Shown: piece after piece, positions 1 to 11,765 of the stretch
Layout of the letters: every line of letters starts with the position of its first letter
Numbering within the stretch: position 1 is the first letter of the stretch
NCBI GenBank assembly: GCA_039588275.1
Contig: JBDHAC010000009.1
Span: 25,883-89,882, forward strand
Source of the DNA: Gemmatimonadota bacterium
GTDB taxonomy: Bacteria; Gemmatimonadota; Gemmatimonadetes; Palauibacterales; Palauibacteraceae
DNA length: 64,000 nt
Reading direction: 5' to 3'
Made by a program: the position numbers and the translations under genes
The notes under the pieces: generated by a model
Database searches by the model: none
The model's input: only the letters and a program-made list of their open reading frames with translations
What the model was told of the DNA's origin: nothing

Positions 1-136
1 CCGTCCCGTTACAACGAGTTGCCCGCGCGCCCCAGCCGCGGCCCCTCGCGTGCGGCGCATGCGTTCTGTAAGGTCCGAACGTCTCGCGAGCCGGGCGAAT
101 GTCTCGCCCGCCGAGCGGGGAAAGGAGACAGGGACC

Positions 137-1054
137 GTGCCGCGTAGGAGTGCGCGAGCCGCGCTCGCGGTGAGCCTGCTCGTCAGCTGCGGGTACGAGC
201 CACCAGCCGTGCCCGTCTCCGGCGACCCGGCCAGCATCGCGGCATTGGTGGGGGAGTGGAGTGGTTCGTATGCGGGCCGCGAAAGCGGTCGCACCGGGAG
301 CATCTTCTTTCGCCTCGCATCCGACGCCGACAGCGCCTACGGCGATGTGCTCATGGCGCCCGCCGGGTTCGAGCACCCTCTCCCCGAGGGGCGCGATGCG
401 AGCTTGCCGCCACCGCTGCTCGCCATCCGCTTCGTGCGCGCAGAGGGTGACGTCATCTACGGCCAACTCGGCGAATATGAAGATCCCGCTTGTGGTTGCC
501 GACTGAAGACCACCTACACCGGCCGCATCGCCGTGGACCGGATCGAGGGCACGTTCACCACACTGCACATCGATACCGGGGTGAGGCACGCCGGCGTCTG
601 GCAGGTGACCCGCACCGCCGAGCCTTCCGTGGCGTTCCGGCCGCGTGCGCCGGAGGCCGACACGGCTCGAGCGGAGCCGCTCGAGCCCGTCGAGCCCGGG
701 CTGAAAGGGCCGGACGAGGCCGAGCTCGTCGCGCAGGGCCGGGAGCTGTTCTCGAGTCTGGGGTGCGCGAACTGCCATGGATTCGACCGGCGCGGGCTGG
801 TCGGACCCGACCTGAACGCGGTCACCGAGCACCGCACGTTCGGGTGGATCTACCGTATGATCCTCGTCCCGGATTCGATGCTCACGCACGATCCGACCGC
901 TCGAACCCTGCTCTCCGGATACGGCGTTCGTATGCCGGATGTCGGGGCGAGCCCGTGGGAGGCTCTCGTCCTGTACGAGTACCTACTCCGGGCCACCGAC
1001 GACACGCTCCCACCCGGCGATGCCAGGCCGGAAGAAGGGAGCGAGCGAGAGTGA
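137..1054 (+). CDS. Lipoprotein: N-terminal beta-rich domain fused to C-terminal class I cytochrome c
   Basis: GTG at 137 after AAGGAG; lipobox LVSC; single CxxCH (CANCH), GPDL motif and downstream MP (likely axial Met). Confidence 0.7.
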   Translation: MPRRSARAALAVSLLVSCGYEPPAVPVSGDPASIAALVGEWSGSYAGRESGRTGSIFFRLASDADSAYGDVLMAPAGFEHPLPEGRDASLPPPLLAIRFVRAEGDVIYGQLGEYEDPACGCRLKTTYTGRIAVDRIEGTFTTLHIDTGVRHAGVWQVTRTAEPSVAFRPRAPEADTARAEPLEPVEPGLKGPDEAELVAQGRELFSSLGCANCHGFDRRGLVGPDLNAVTEHRTFGWIYRMILVPDSMLTHDPTARTLLSGYGVRMPDVGASPWEALVLYEYLLRATDDTLPPGDARPEEGSERE

Positions 1055-1209
1055 GCGAGGGCGCATTCGGACGCGGCCCGCAGGCTCGAAACCTGCAGGC
1101 GAAGACCTCCGCGGCTTCCATCGCGAACCGCGGGGCACTGGGCCTGGCACCCGGGTGAGATCTCGGGGAAACCAGCACACTGACACCCGTTCAACAGTGC
1201 GGGCCGTAG

Positions 1210-2559
<1,350 letters not shown>

Positions 2560-2763
2560 CGCTTTAATCTGCCCTGCTGGGCCCCTCGGACAACGCCGAG
2601 AGGAATAGCGCCCCCGTTTCCGGGCTTGCCCTGCGGCAGGCTCCCGAGCGGGGGCGCGTTGCATCCCCACCCGCCGCGTCGAATCTTCCGTGCTTCGCCG
2701 CCCCGAACCGGACGGCCACGCTCCGTCGTGGACGAGTCGGTGCATGACGAAAGGAAACGGTCG

Positions 2764-4773
2764 ATGACGTACGCGCGACGTTTGCTCCCCGCGTTGGCGA
2801 TCTTGTACGCCGCCGCTCAGGTGTCCCTGCACGCGCAGGGCGAGGCGGCCAGCATCGAGATCAGTCCTGCCTCGCTGGAGCTCGAAGTGGGAGACCAGGT
2901 GACGGTCGAGGCGCGGGTGCTCGACGCGAGCGGCCACACGGTGGACGCCCCCGTGATGTTCTTCCCCCTGTTCCGGGGTGAGAGACAGCGATTCGCCGGA
3001 CGGAACCTGGACGTGTCCCGGTTCGAGGGCGTCGTGAAGGCGATCAAGGGAGGCGAGTACCTGATCATCGCGATCGTGGCCGATGCGCGAAACGTGCGTA
3101 CTCAGATTCCGGTGAGCGTCGCGTTTCCCCCCCTCGACCGCGTCGACGTGACGCCCGGCGGCGGGCAGATGTACGCCGGGACGTCGGTGCGCCACGCGGC
3201 CACGCTCCTCGACACTGCGGGCGACGTACGGGACAGCGAAGTCCGTTGGTCCACCAGCGATCCGAGTGTGGCGGAGGTCGATCGCTTCGGCATCCTGACC
3301 GCCGGCGCACCGGGTCGAGTCACGCTCGCGGCAGAGGCCGAAGGGATCCAGGGAGCTGTCAGCTACGAGATCGTCGAGAACCCGACGGCCTCGATCTCGA
3401 TCAGCGCCAGCCGGGAGCGGGCTCGCACCGGCGAGGTGGTGCACTTCACGGCCGAGGCGCGTGACGCGACCGGCTCCGAGGTCGAGGGGATGCCGGTGAC
3501 CTTCACGGTTCTGGCGGATGCGGCGCTCGAAGCGACAGCGGACCTTCCCCCCGCCGAGGTGGATGACGAGGGGCGCTTCGTGGCGTATCGCCCCGGCGTG
3601 TACACCGTCGTCGCCAACGTCCCGGGGCACGCCGCGCGGCAGACCGTCGAGATTCACCCGCGTCACGTGTCGCAGGAGATCAAGTTCGTGGGTCAGGGGG
3701 CGGTCCATAACGTGTCGACATCCGACCTGTGGGTGTGGGAGGGAGCGGATGGTCGAGACTACGCGATCACCGGTACGCACCGGGCCAGCGGGGCGGTGTA
3801 CTTCTGGGACGTGACGGATCCGTCCAGCCCCGCTATGACCGATTCGATCGTCGTCGATGCCCGCACGACGAACGATGTGAAGGTCTCCGAGGACGGTGCG
3901 GTGTGCGTGATCTCGCGCGAGGGTGCCTCGAGTCGACGCAACGGAATCGTTATCCTCGATTGCTCCGACCCCAGAGACATCCGGGTCCATTCGACCTTCG
4001 ACGACGAGCTCACGGGCGGGGTCCACAACCTGTTCATCTACCAGGATCACGTGTACGCCGTGAACAACGGGATTCGGTTCGACGTGATCAACATCGAGGA
4101 CCCGACGAGCCCGCAGCGCGTGGGTCGCTTCGAGCTCGATACCCCGGGTCACGCGATCCACGACGTGTGGATCGTGGATGGGATCGCGTACACGTCGAAC
4201 TGGGGTGACGGAGTCGTCCTCGTCGACGTGGGTGGCGGAAACGTCGGTGGCAGCCCCTCGAATCCGGTCGAGATCGCTCGCTTTCGCGACATTGGCGGTG
4301 CTACCCATGCGGCCTTCCCCTACCGGAGTCCGACGGGGAAGTTCTACGTTTTCATGGGCGACGAGATCGGACGCCCCGGGTTCGACGGCCTGGATCAGGC
4401 GCGTACTCCGCAGTTCATGGCCGGCTACATCCACATCGTCGATTTCACCGACCCCGAGAACCCCGAAGAGGTCGCACGCTACGAGATCCCGGAGGCGGGG
4501 TCGCACAATCTGTGGATCGAGGGGGACAAGCTGTACGCGGCCTTCTACAACGGGGGACTGCGCGTCGTCGATATCTCGGGCGAGTTGAAGGGCAACCTGT
4601 ATCATCAGGGCCGCGAGATAGCGGTCTACAAGGCATACGACCCCGACGGAGTGGTCGCCAACGCGCCGTTCACGTGGGGGCCGCAGCCGCACAAAGGGAA
4701 CCTGTTTTTCGCCGAGTACTTCAGTGGCCTGTGGAGTGTCCGCCTGGAGCCTGGGGAGGAGCTGGTCCCCTGA
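2764..4773 (+). CDS. Secreted Ig-like (Big_2) + LVIVD-repeat beta-propeller protein
   Basis: Signal peptide ending AQG; WSTSDPSVAEVD Ig-like motif; repeated V(I)D(I/V)xDPxxP units with His at blade starts (VHN, IHD, THA, SHN). Confidence 0.75.
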   Translation: MTYARRLLPALAILYAAAQVSLHAQGEAASIEISPASLELEVGDQVTVEARVLDASGHTVDAPVMFFPLFRGERQRFAGRNLDVSRFEGVVKAIKGGEYLIIAIVADARNVRTQIPVSVAFPPLDRVDVTPGGGQMYAGTSVRHAATLLDTAGDVRDSEVRWSTSDPSVAEVDRFGILTAGAPGRVTLAAEAEGIQGAVSYEIVENPTASISISASRERARTGEVVHFTAEARDATGSEVEGMPVTFTVLADAALEATADLPPAEVDDEGRFVAYRPGVYTVVANVPGHAARQTVEIHPRHVSQEIKFVGQGAVHNVSTSDLWVWEGADGRDYAITGTHRASGAVYFWDVTDPSSPAMTDSIVVDARTTNDVKVSEDGAVCVISREGASSRRNGIVILDCSDPRDIRVHSTFDDELTGGVHNLFIYQDHVYAVNNGIRFDVINIEDPTSPQRVGRFELDTPGHAIHDVWIVDGIAYTSNWGDGVVLVDVGGGNVGGSPSNPVEIARFRDIGGATHAAFPYRSPTGKFYVFMGDEIGRPGFDGLDQARTPQFMAGYIHIVDFTDPENPEEVARYEIPEAGSHNLWIEGDKLYAAFYNGGLRVVDISGELKGNLYHQGREIAVYKAYDPDGVVANAPFTWGPQPHKGNLFFAEYFSGLWSVRLEPGEELVP

Positions 4774-4842
4774 AGGGCCGGCTCCGGTCCTCTTTCGACG
4801 ACGACGCCTTCCGCGGCCACGGAGACGGCGGGTAGGACCGCG

Positions 4843-5316
4843 ATGAGCCTCGTCCAGATCCGCGTGCGCGTGAACGGAGGGGAACACGAGGGCGACGTCG
4901 AGCCGCGTCTGCTGCTGAGCGACTTCCTGCGTCACGAGCTCGGGCTGACGGGGACGCACGTGGGCTGCGAGCACGGTGTGTGTGGCGCCTGCACCGTGCT
5001 TCTGGACGGAGAGCCCGTCCGGTCCTGTCTCCTGTTTGCGGTGCAGGCGAACGGTCGCGAGCTCACCACGGTCGAGGGATTGGCCGAAGACGGGGATCTT
5101 CACCCGGTCCAGCTGGCGTTTAGGGACGCACACGGGCTGCAGTGCGGCTTCTGCACCCCGGGCATCTTGATGACCGTGGTGGCCTTCCTGCGCGAGCAGC
5201 CGAGCCCGAGCCAGGAACAGATCCGCGACGTCGTCTCCGGCCACCTGTGCCGGTGCACCGGCTACCAAAACATCCTGGAAGCCGTGAAGCTCGCCGCTGA
5301 GCGGGGCTCGCCGTGA
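4843..5316 (+). CDS. Molybdenum hydroxylase small [2Fe-2S] subunit (CoxS/CutS family)
   Basis: GCEHGVCGAC...SC and QCGFCTPG...LCRCTGY motifs. Confidence 0.95.
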   Translation: MSLVQIRVRVNGGEHEGDVEPRLLLSDFLRHELGLTGTHVGCEHGVCGACTVLLDGEPVRSCLLFAVQANGRELTTVEGLAEDGDLHPVQLAFRDAHGLQCGFCTPGILMTVVAFLREQPSPSQEQIRDVVSGHLCRCTGYQNILEAVKLAAERGSP

Positions 5317-7694
5317 GCGAGCGCTGGTTCGGCGCGCCGGTGGTCAGAAACGAGGACCCACGGCTTCTCGCGGGCCAGGCGCTATTCGTGGACGACGTCC
5401 AGCTCCCGGGGCTTCTGCACGCGGCGTTCGTCCGCAGCGATCTCGCGCACGGACGTATCCGGAGTCTCGATCTTTCGGCTGCCCGCGCGCACCCGGGCGT
5501 CGTGGGCGTGTACTCGGCCGAAGACCTCGGAGACCTGTGTATCGCAGGACCCGTTCTGGTCCCGCCGCCTCCGATCGAGCGGCTGGAGTTCCACGCTCGC
5601 ACCCCATTGCCCCTCGCACGGGACCGAGTGCGTCACGTCGGCGAGGCCATCGCGGTCATCGTGGCCGAGAGCCGTTACACGGCCGAGGATGCGGCGGAAG
5701 CCGTGCAGCTCGACCTCGAGCCGCTGGACCCTGCCGTGGCGCTGGAGGCCGCTCTCGCGCCCGACGCGCCTCTGGTGCACGAGGACCTGGCCTCGAACCT
5801 GGCTGCGCACGTGATCCAGGAGAAGGGTGATTACCGTGCGGCGCGCGAAGCAGCGGATCGTGTCATCCGCCGACGCTTTCGATATGACAGGGGGGTCTCC
5901 GGGGCGCTCGAGAATCGCGGCATCGTGGCCTGGTGGGATCCTCACGATGGACGTCTTTCGGTCTGGGACACGACGCAGGCACCCATCCCGGTGCGCAACG
6001 CGCTCGCCGCCACCTTCGGTCTTTCCGAGTCGCAGGTCCGCGTGATCGCTCCGTTCATCGGCGGCGGCTTCGGACCGAAGATCATGTTCTACGGGGAGGA
6101 GATCATCCTGCCCTGGATCTCGCTCCAACTCGGGCGACCCGTGAAGTGGATCGAGGACCGCTACGAGAGCTTCTTCGCTACCACGCAGGAGCGGGAACAG
6201 ATTCACGACGCCGAGCTGGCGGTGGCCGCGGACGGGACGATCCTCGGGGTTCACGACGAGTTCCTGCACGATACCGGCGCGTACGATCCGTACGGGCTGA
6301 CGGTCCCGATCAACAGCCAGTGCACGCTCCTCGGCCCGTACCGGGTGCCCAGCTACTACAGCGAGTTCAGGGTCGTATTCACGAACAAGCCGATCGTCAC
6401 GCCCGTGCGGGGGGCAGGACGACAGCACGGCGTGTTCGTAATCGAGCGCCTGCTAGATGCGGCGGCAGGCGAGCTCGGCATCGACCGGGTCGAGATCCGC
6501 CGTCGTAACTACCTGGATCCGGAAGACTTTCCGCACGATCACCAGATCCTCTTTCAAGACTCGGCGCCCCTCACGTACGACAGCGGCAACTACGCCCCGG
6601 CGCTCGAGCGCGCCGCGGATCTGATCGGGTACGAAGCGTTCCCGGCCGAGCAGCAGAAGGCGCGGGACGACGGCCGCCACCTGGGGTTGGGGATCGTCTC
6701 GTACGTCGAGGGAACGGGGATCGGGCCTTACGAGGGTGCGCGGGTGACCGTGGAGCCGAGCGGCACCGTGTCCGTGGTCACCGGCGTCGGCACGCAGGGC
6801 CAGGGCCATTTCACCGTGTTCGCGCAGGTCGTGGCCGACCAGCTCGGGGTCGACCCGGCGCACGTCCGGGTCGTCACCGGCGATACGATGGAGTTCCACT
6901 GGGGAACGGGCACTTTCGCGAGCCGCGGGGCGGTGGTGGCCGGGAGCGCCTGCCACGCCGCCGCGCAGGCCGTGCGGGAGAAGATCTTCAGGCTCGCGAG
7001 CCACCTGCTCGAGGTAAGCGAGGATGATCTCGAGCTGGCGCATGGACGAGTGACCGTGAAGGGGGCGCCCGATCACGGATTCGACCTGAGCGAGCTGGCG
7101 GCTCGGGCCAATCCGCTTCGGGGCGCCGTGCGCCCCGGCACCGAGCCCGGGCTCGAAGCGACGTCGTATTTCGGGCCGGACCGGGGCAGCACGGCCAGCG
7201 GTGTGCACGCGCTGGTCCTGGAGGTGGATCCCGAAACGGCGCTCGCGAAGATCCTTCGATACGTCGTCGTGCACGACTGCGGGGTCGTGATCAATCCGAC
7301 GATCGTCGAGGGACAGATCCATGGAGGAGTAGCGCTCGGGATCGGAAACGCGTTCTACGAGCAGCTCCACTTCGACGAGTCCGGCCAGCTCTCGAACGCC
7401 TCGTTCATGGATTACCTGCTGCCGACCGCGACGGAGGTGCCCCCGATCGTGGCCGAGCACATCGAGACGCCGTCGCCGCTCAACCCGCTCGGCGTGAAAG
7501 GCGTCGGTGAGGCGGGGGCGATACCGGTGGCCGCCGCGTTCGCGCAGGCGATCGAGGATGCTCTCGCGCCATGGGGGATCGAGGTGCTGGAGATCCCGCT
7601 CAGCCCGCAACGCCTGTTCGACCTCCTCGAGAGGGCTTCGGGGGAGAGCCCCACCGAGGGTAAGCCGGGGGAGACGGAGGAGGTGACTCCATGA
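5313..7694 (+). CDS. Molybdenum hydroxylase large molybdopterin subunit (xanthine dehydrogenase/CoxL-like, not form I CODH)
   Basis: GGGFGPK, QGQGH, TFASR, KGVGEAG; active-site loop reads PVRGAGR rather than AYxCSFR; GTGA overlap with the small subunit. Confidence 0.93.
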   Translation: MSERWFGAPVVRNEDPRLLAGQALFVDDVQLPGLLHAAFVRSDLAHGRIRSLDLSAARAHPGVVGVYSAEDLGDLCIAGPVLVPPPPIERLEFHARTPLPLARDRVRHVGEAIAVIVAESRYTAEDAAEAVQLDLEPLDPAVALEAALAPDAPLVHEDLASNLAAHVIQEKGDYRAAREAADRVIRRRFRYDRGVSGALENRGIVAWWDPHDGRLSVWDTTQAPIPVRNALAATFGLSESQVRVIAPFIGGGFGPKIMFYGEEIILPWISLQLGRPVKWIEDRYESFFATTQEREQIHDAELAVAADGTILGVHDEFLHDTGAYDPYGLTVPINSQCTLLGPYRVPSYYSEFRVVFTNKPIVTPVRGAGRQHGVFVIERLLDAAAGELGIDRVEIRRRNYLDPEDFPHDHQILFQDSAPLTYDSGNYAPALERAADLIGYEAFPAEQQKARDDGRHLGLGIVSYVEGTGIGPYEGARVTVEPSGTVSVVTGVGTQGQGHFTVFAQVVADQLGVDPAHVRVVTGDTMEFHWGTGTFASRGAVVAGSACHAAAQAVREKIFRLASHLLEVSEDDLELAHGRVTVKGAPDHGFDLSELAARANPLRGAVRPGTEPGLEATSYFGPDRGSTASGVHALVLEVDPETALAKILRYVVVHDCGVVINPTIVEGQIHGGVALGIGNAFYEQLHFDESGQLSNASFMDYLLPTATEVPPIVAEHIETPSPLNPLGVKGVGEAGAIPVAAAFAQAIEDALAPWGIEVLEIPLSPQRLFDLLERASGESPTEGKPGETEEVTP

Positions 7695-8578
7695 AGCCGC
7701 CTCCGTTCGACTACGTGGCTCCGTCGAGCCTGGCGGAGGCGCTCCAACAGCTCGAGGAGGGCGGGTTCGACGCCCGTCCGCTCGCGGGCGGGCAGAGCCT
7801 GATCCCGATGCTGAACTTCCGATTGGCTCGAGCGACGCTCCTCATCGACCTGAACGGCGTGGACGAGCTCTCTTTTCTCCATGTCTCCGATGACGGCTCT
7901 CTGCGGATCGGCGCCATGACGCGGCAGCGCGCGGTGGAGCGCTCGGAGGATGTGGCTCGCGCGGCACCGCTGCTCGCCGAAGCCCTCGGTCACGTCGCGC
8001 ACCCGCAGATCCGCAACCGGGGCACGATCGGGGGCAGCCTCGCACATGCGGACCCGGCGTCGGAGCTCCCCGCCGTGATGCTCGCGCTCGGGGCGCGGTT
8101 CCGGGTCGAGGGAGTGAACGGCGATCGCTGGATTCCCGCCGCCGAGTTCTTCTTCGGGCCGTTCATGGCGGCGCTCGACCCGGGGGAGTTGCTGGTGGAG
8201 ATCGAGGTGCCGGCGCTCGAGAACGGGGACGGGTGGGCCTTCGAAGAGGTCGCGCGGCGCGCCGGAGACTACGCGCTGGTCGGGGTGGCCGCGCAGGTCC
8301 GTGTTGATGGGGCCGGAGTGTGCTCGAGCGCCGCGCTCGGATACGTGAACGCCGCCGCGACCGCGAGCCTCGCCCCAAGCGCGGCCGCGATCCTCGTCGG
8401 TGAGGCCCCGACGCCGGAGAGAATCGCCGAGGCCGCGCGGGCCGCGGCGACCGACGACTGTGAGCCTCCGTCGGACATCCACGCCTCCGAGGCGTATCGT
8501 CGACGCCTGGCGGAAGTGCTGACGCGCAGGGCGCTGGATCGGGCCTTCGCGCGAGCCGCGGAGGCACACGAGCCGTGA
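7691..8578 (+). CDS. Molybdenum hydroxylase FAD subunit (CoxM/CutM family)
   Basis: MKPPPFDY, AGGQSLIPMLNFR, IRNRGTIGGSLAHADPASE; ATGA overlap. Confidence 0.95.
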   Translation: MKPPPFDYVAPSSLAEALQQLEEGGFDARPLAGGQSLIPMLNFRLARATLLIDLNGVDELSFLHVSDDGSLRIGAMTRQRAVERSEDVARAAPLLAEALGHVAHPQIRNRGTIGGSLAHADPASELPAVMLALGARFRVEGVNGDRWIPAAEFFFGPFMAALDPGELLVEIEVPALENGDGWAFEEVARRAGDYALVGVAAQVRVDGAGVCSSAALGYVNAAATASLAPSAAAILVGEAPTPERIAEAARAAATDDCEPPSDIHASEAYRRRLAEVLTRRALDRAFARAAEAHEP

Positions 8579-10128
8579 TGGCGCGTGGCCCCGGTGAAGG
8601 GGCCGGCGACGGGAACGCTCTGCCCGGCGTAGAGCGCGTCGGCGATCTGGTACAGCTCACCGCATCTCTCCCCCCGGGACCTCTGGTAAACGACGACATC
8701 GCGCCTACCCCGCTCAGCGAGCGCACGTGGAACGTGTGGCACATTGCCTCGCTGTGGGTGGGGATGAGCGTCTGCATCCCCACCTACATGCTGGCCTCGA
8801 GCATGATCGAAGCGGGCATGAATTGGTGGCAGAGCTTGCTGGCGATCCTGCTGGGGAACGCCATCGTTCTCGTGCCCATGGTGCTGAACGCGCACGCGGG
8901 AACCCGCTTCGGTATTCCGTTCCCCGTGTTCGTACGTGCCCCGTTCGGTCCGCGCGGAGCGCACGTCCCCTCGCTCCTCCGTTCGGTGGTAGCGTGTGGC
9001 TGGTTCGGGATCCAGACGTGGATCGGAGGACTCGCCATCCACGCGCTCATCGGGATCCTGTGGGCGGGGTGGGATGGGCTCGGTGGCGGCTGGACCTTCA
9101 TGGGGTACGGCGTCCCGCATTACCTCAGCTTCGGGCTGTTCTGGCTCATCAACATGTACTTCGTGTGGCGGGGTACGGAGTCGATCAAGTGGCTGGAGAC
9201 ACTGGCTGCGCCGTTTCTGCTCCTGATCGGGATCGTCTTGCTGGTCTGGGCGATCGGGCGCGTGGGCGGGCTCGGACGCGTCCTGAGCGAGTCGAACCAG
9301 CTGATGAGCTCTGGACGCACCCTGCCTCCGAGTCGCTTCCTGCTCACGCTGTTCGTCCCATGGCTGACCGCCATGGTCGGCTACTGGGCGACGCTGGCCC
9401 TGAACATCCCCGACTTCACCCGCTACGCGAAGAGCCAGCGCGATCAGTCTGTCGGGCAGGCGCTGGGGCTGCTGACGACGATGCCGCTGTTCGCCTTCAT
9501 CGGTATCGTCGTGACGAGTGCCACCGTGGTGTTGTACGGCGAGGCGATCTGGAACCCGATCGATCTCGTGGCGCGGCTCACCGCCGATCGCGGGAGCCCG
9601 GTCCTGGGGCTGTTCGCGATGGCGGTCCTGGCCCTCGCCACGCTCTCCACCAACATCGCGGCCAACGTGGTGGCGCCTGCCAACAGCTTCTCGAACCTCG
9701 CACCGCGAGCCATCAGCTTTCGCACGGGGGGTCTGATCGCCGGCCTCATCGGGATCTTCATCCTGCCGTGGAAGTTGCTGGATGCCTATCAGATGTGGCT
9801 GATCACCTACTCGGGTCTCCTCGGTGCGGTGGGCGGGGTTCTGGTGTGCGATTACGCGTGGGTCAGACGCGGGTGGCTGGAGCTCGTCGATCTCTATCGG
9901 GAAGACGGCTCGTACGCCTATCACGGCGGCATCAACCGGGCGGCCATGATCGCGCTCGGGGCCGGGATCGCGGTCGCGCTCCTCGGACGACTGCACCCGG
10001 GCCTCGCGTTCCTGTTCAACGGAGCGTGGTTCTCGGCAGCGAGCGTGTCGTTCCTGCTCTACGCGTGGCTGATGCGAGACGAGCGCCAGCGGCTCGCGTC
10101 GGCGACCCGCAGTTCGACGGCGGCGTAG
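8575..10128 (+). CDS. NCS1 nucleobase:cation symporter (cytosine/uracil/allantoin/hydantoin permease family)
   Basis: W-x-GMSVCIPTY, GIPFPV, CGWFGIQTWIG, NIPDFTRYA, NIAANVV, PWKL; about 12 hydrophobic segments. Confidence 0.93.
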   Translation: MMARGPGEGAGDGNALPGVERVGDLVQLTASLPPGPLVNDDIAPTPLSERTWNVWHIASLWVGMSVCIPTYMLASSMIEAGMNWWQSLLAILLGNAIVLVPMVLNAHAGTRFGIPFPVFVRAPFGPRGAHVPSLLRSVVACGWFGIQTWIGGLAIHALIGILWAGWDGLGGGWTFMGYGVPHYLSFGLFWLINMYFVWRGTESIKWLETLAAPFLLLIGIVLLVWAIGRVGGLGRVLSESNQLMSSGRTLPPSRFLLTLFVPWLTAMVGYWATLALNIPDFTRYAKSQRDQSVGQALGLLTTMPLFAFIGIVVTSATVVLYGEAIWNPIDLVARLTADRGSPVLGLFAMAVLALATLSTNIAANVVAPANSFSNLAPRAISFRTGGLIAGLIGIFILPWKLLDAYQMWLITYSGLLGAVGGVLVCDYAWVRRGWLELVDLYREDGSYAYHGGINRAAMIALGAGIAVALLGRLHPGLAFLFNGAWFSAASVSFLLYAWLMRDERQRLASATRSSTAA

Positions 10129-11654
10129 TGGGCTCGGGCGTCAGCGGGATCCCACTCGTGGATCGGGCCGTCGCTCATCGTGAGAGGGTCGCGATCCTGG
10201 ATCGCGAAGGCGCGCATTCATACGAGGCGCTCGACCGCCGCTCGGCGGCCTGGGCGGCCGCTCTGCTCGCGGATCGGGCGGATCTCGAGGGGGCGCGCGT
10301 GGCCTATATGGTCCCCGCGGGCGCCGAGTACGTAGCCGTTCAGTGGGGGATCTGGCGCGCGGGCGGGATCGCGGTACCGCTTTGCTCCGATCACCCGCCC
10401 TTCGAGCTGGCGCGGTCGCTCGACGACTCCGGGGCCGAGGCGATCGTGTGTTCGGCCGAAGGCGTGAGCCGTCTGGAGCCGCTCGTCGACGAGCGCGGGA
10501 CTCGTCTTCTCGTCAGCGAAGCCGCCAGGCCGCCCGTCAGCGACGAGCGGCCGGTCCGCGACGGCGGGCTGCCCGAGGTGGAGCCCGGCCGCCGCGCGAT
10601 GATTCTGTTCACGAGCGGCACCACGAGCCGGCCGAAGGGTGTGGTGAGCACCCACGCCATGATCGAAGCGCAGGTGCGGTCCATGCTCGAGGCGTGGGAG
10701 TGGGAAGCGAGCGACCGCATCCTCCATATCCTGCCCCTGCACCATACGCACGGCATCATCAACGCCCTCGCGTGCCCGCTGTGGGCCGGCGCGACGTGTC
10801 GGATGCAGAGGGAGTTCGACGCCCGCCGTGTGTGGGACACGATCGCGGAGGGGGACATCACGCTCTTCATGGCGGTGCCGACGGTGTACGTGCGGCTGAT
10901 CGCCGCGTGGGATGGCGCCGAGTCCGAAGCGCAACGGCGGTGGACGGACGGCGCCGCCCGTCTCCGGCTCATGGTGTCGGGGTCGGCCGCGCTCCCGGCC
11001 AGGGTATTCGCGCGTTGGGAAGAGATCACCGGGCACCGGCTGCTCGAGCGGTACGGCATGACCGAGATCGGTATGGGGCTCTCGAACCCGTTGCGCGGCC
11101 CAAGGCGGCCGGGCACCGTCGGCCGCCCGCTACCGGGGGTCGACGTTCAACTGGTCGACGAGGTGGGTCACCCGGTCACGGACGAGGGCCGGCCGGGCGA
11201 GATCCGGATCCGGGGCCCGGGCGTGTTTCGAGAGTATTGGGAACAGCCCCAGGCGACGCGCGAGGCATTCGCGGGCGACTGGTTCAAGACGGGCGACATC
11301 GCCCAGCTCGAGGGGGGTTACTACCGCATCCTGGGTCGGAGCTCGGTGGACATCATCAAGACCGGTGGATACAAGGTCTCCGCGATCGAGATCGAGGAGA
11401 CCCTGAGAACCCACCCGCAGGTGGTCGACTGCGCGGTCGTGGGTGTCCCGGACGAGGAGTGGGGGGAGCGCGTGTGCGCGGCGGTGGTCCCGACTTCAAA
11501 CCTCGAGATCGAAGCTCTCGACGCCTGGAGCCGCGAGCGACTCGCCCGCTACAAGCTCCCGCGCACCTGGTTGGAGGTGGACGACCTGCCTCGCAACGCG
11601 ATGGGCAAGGTCCAGAAGCCCGCCGTCAAGGCGATGTTCGCCGACGAGTCGTAG
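10128..11654 (+). CDS. matB: Acyl-CoA synthetase, malonate/methylmalonate-CoA ligase (MatB/ACSF3-like)
   Basis: GTG overlaps the NCS1 stop; FTSGTTSRPKG, LPLHHTHGIINALACPLWAGA, RLMVSGSAALP, LLERYGMTEIGM, GRSSVDIIKTGGYKVSA, LPRNAMGKV match the ACSF3/MatB subfamily as I recall it. Confidence 0.82.
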   Translation: MGSGVSGIPLVDRAVAHRERVAILDREGAHSYEALDRRSAAWAAALLADRADLEGARVAYMVPAGAEYVAVQWGIWRAGGIAVPLCSDHPPFELARSLDDSGAEAIVCSAEGVSRLEPLVDERGTRLLVSEAARPPVSDERPVRDGGLPEVEPGRRAMILFTSGTTSRPKGVVSTHAMIEAQVRSMLEAWEWEASDRILHILPLHHTHGIINALACPLWAGATCRMQREFDARRVWDTIAEGDITLFMAVPTVYVRLIAAWDGAESEAQRRWTDGAARLRLMVSGSAALPARVFARWEEITGHRLLERYGMTEIGMGLSNPLRGPRRPGTVGRPLPGVDVQLVDEVGHPVTDEGRPGEIRIRGPGVFREYWEQPQATREAFAGDWFKTGDIAQLEGGYYRILGRSSVDIIKTGGYKVSAIEIEETLRTHPQVVDCAVVGVPDEEWGERVCAAVVPTSNLEIEALDAWSRERLARYKLPRTWLEVDDLPRNAMGKVQKPAVKAMFADES

Positions 11655-11765
11655 TTTGACTCCAGCCCGGCGATCCCGCCGGAACGTAGAGGTGCCCGCG
11701 GGGGGCGTCGGCGGCCCGCCGGGACAAGCGCCATCAACTCCGAAACGAAGCGAGGATCCGCCAAG

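Noticed and set aside
4843..8578. Aerobic CO dehydrogenase
   Set aside because: Lacks the AYxCSFR Cu-binding loop, has S-L-M order and no coxDEFG; context points to N-heterocycle hydroxylation
8727..11654. 975-aa ORF suggesting a large N-terminal extension on the acyl-CoA synthetase
   Set aside because: The first 467 codons are an off-frame overlap of the NCS1 gene; the real start is the GTG at 10128. The same logic was used to trim the ORFs at 12191, 31185, 36749, 37459, 47763, 50311 and 51660
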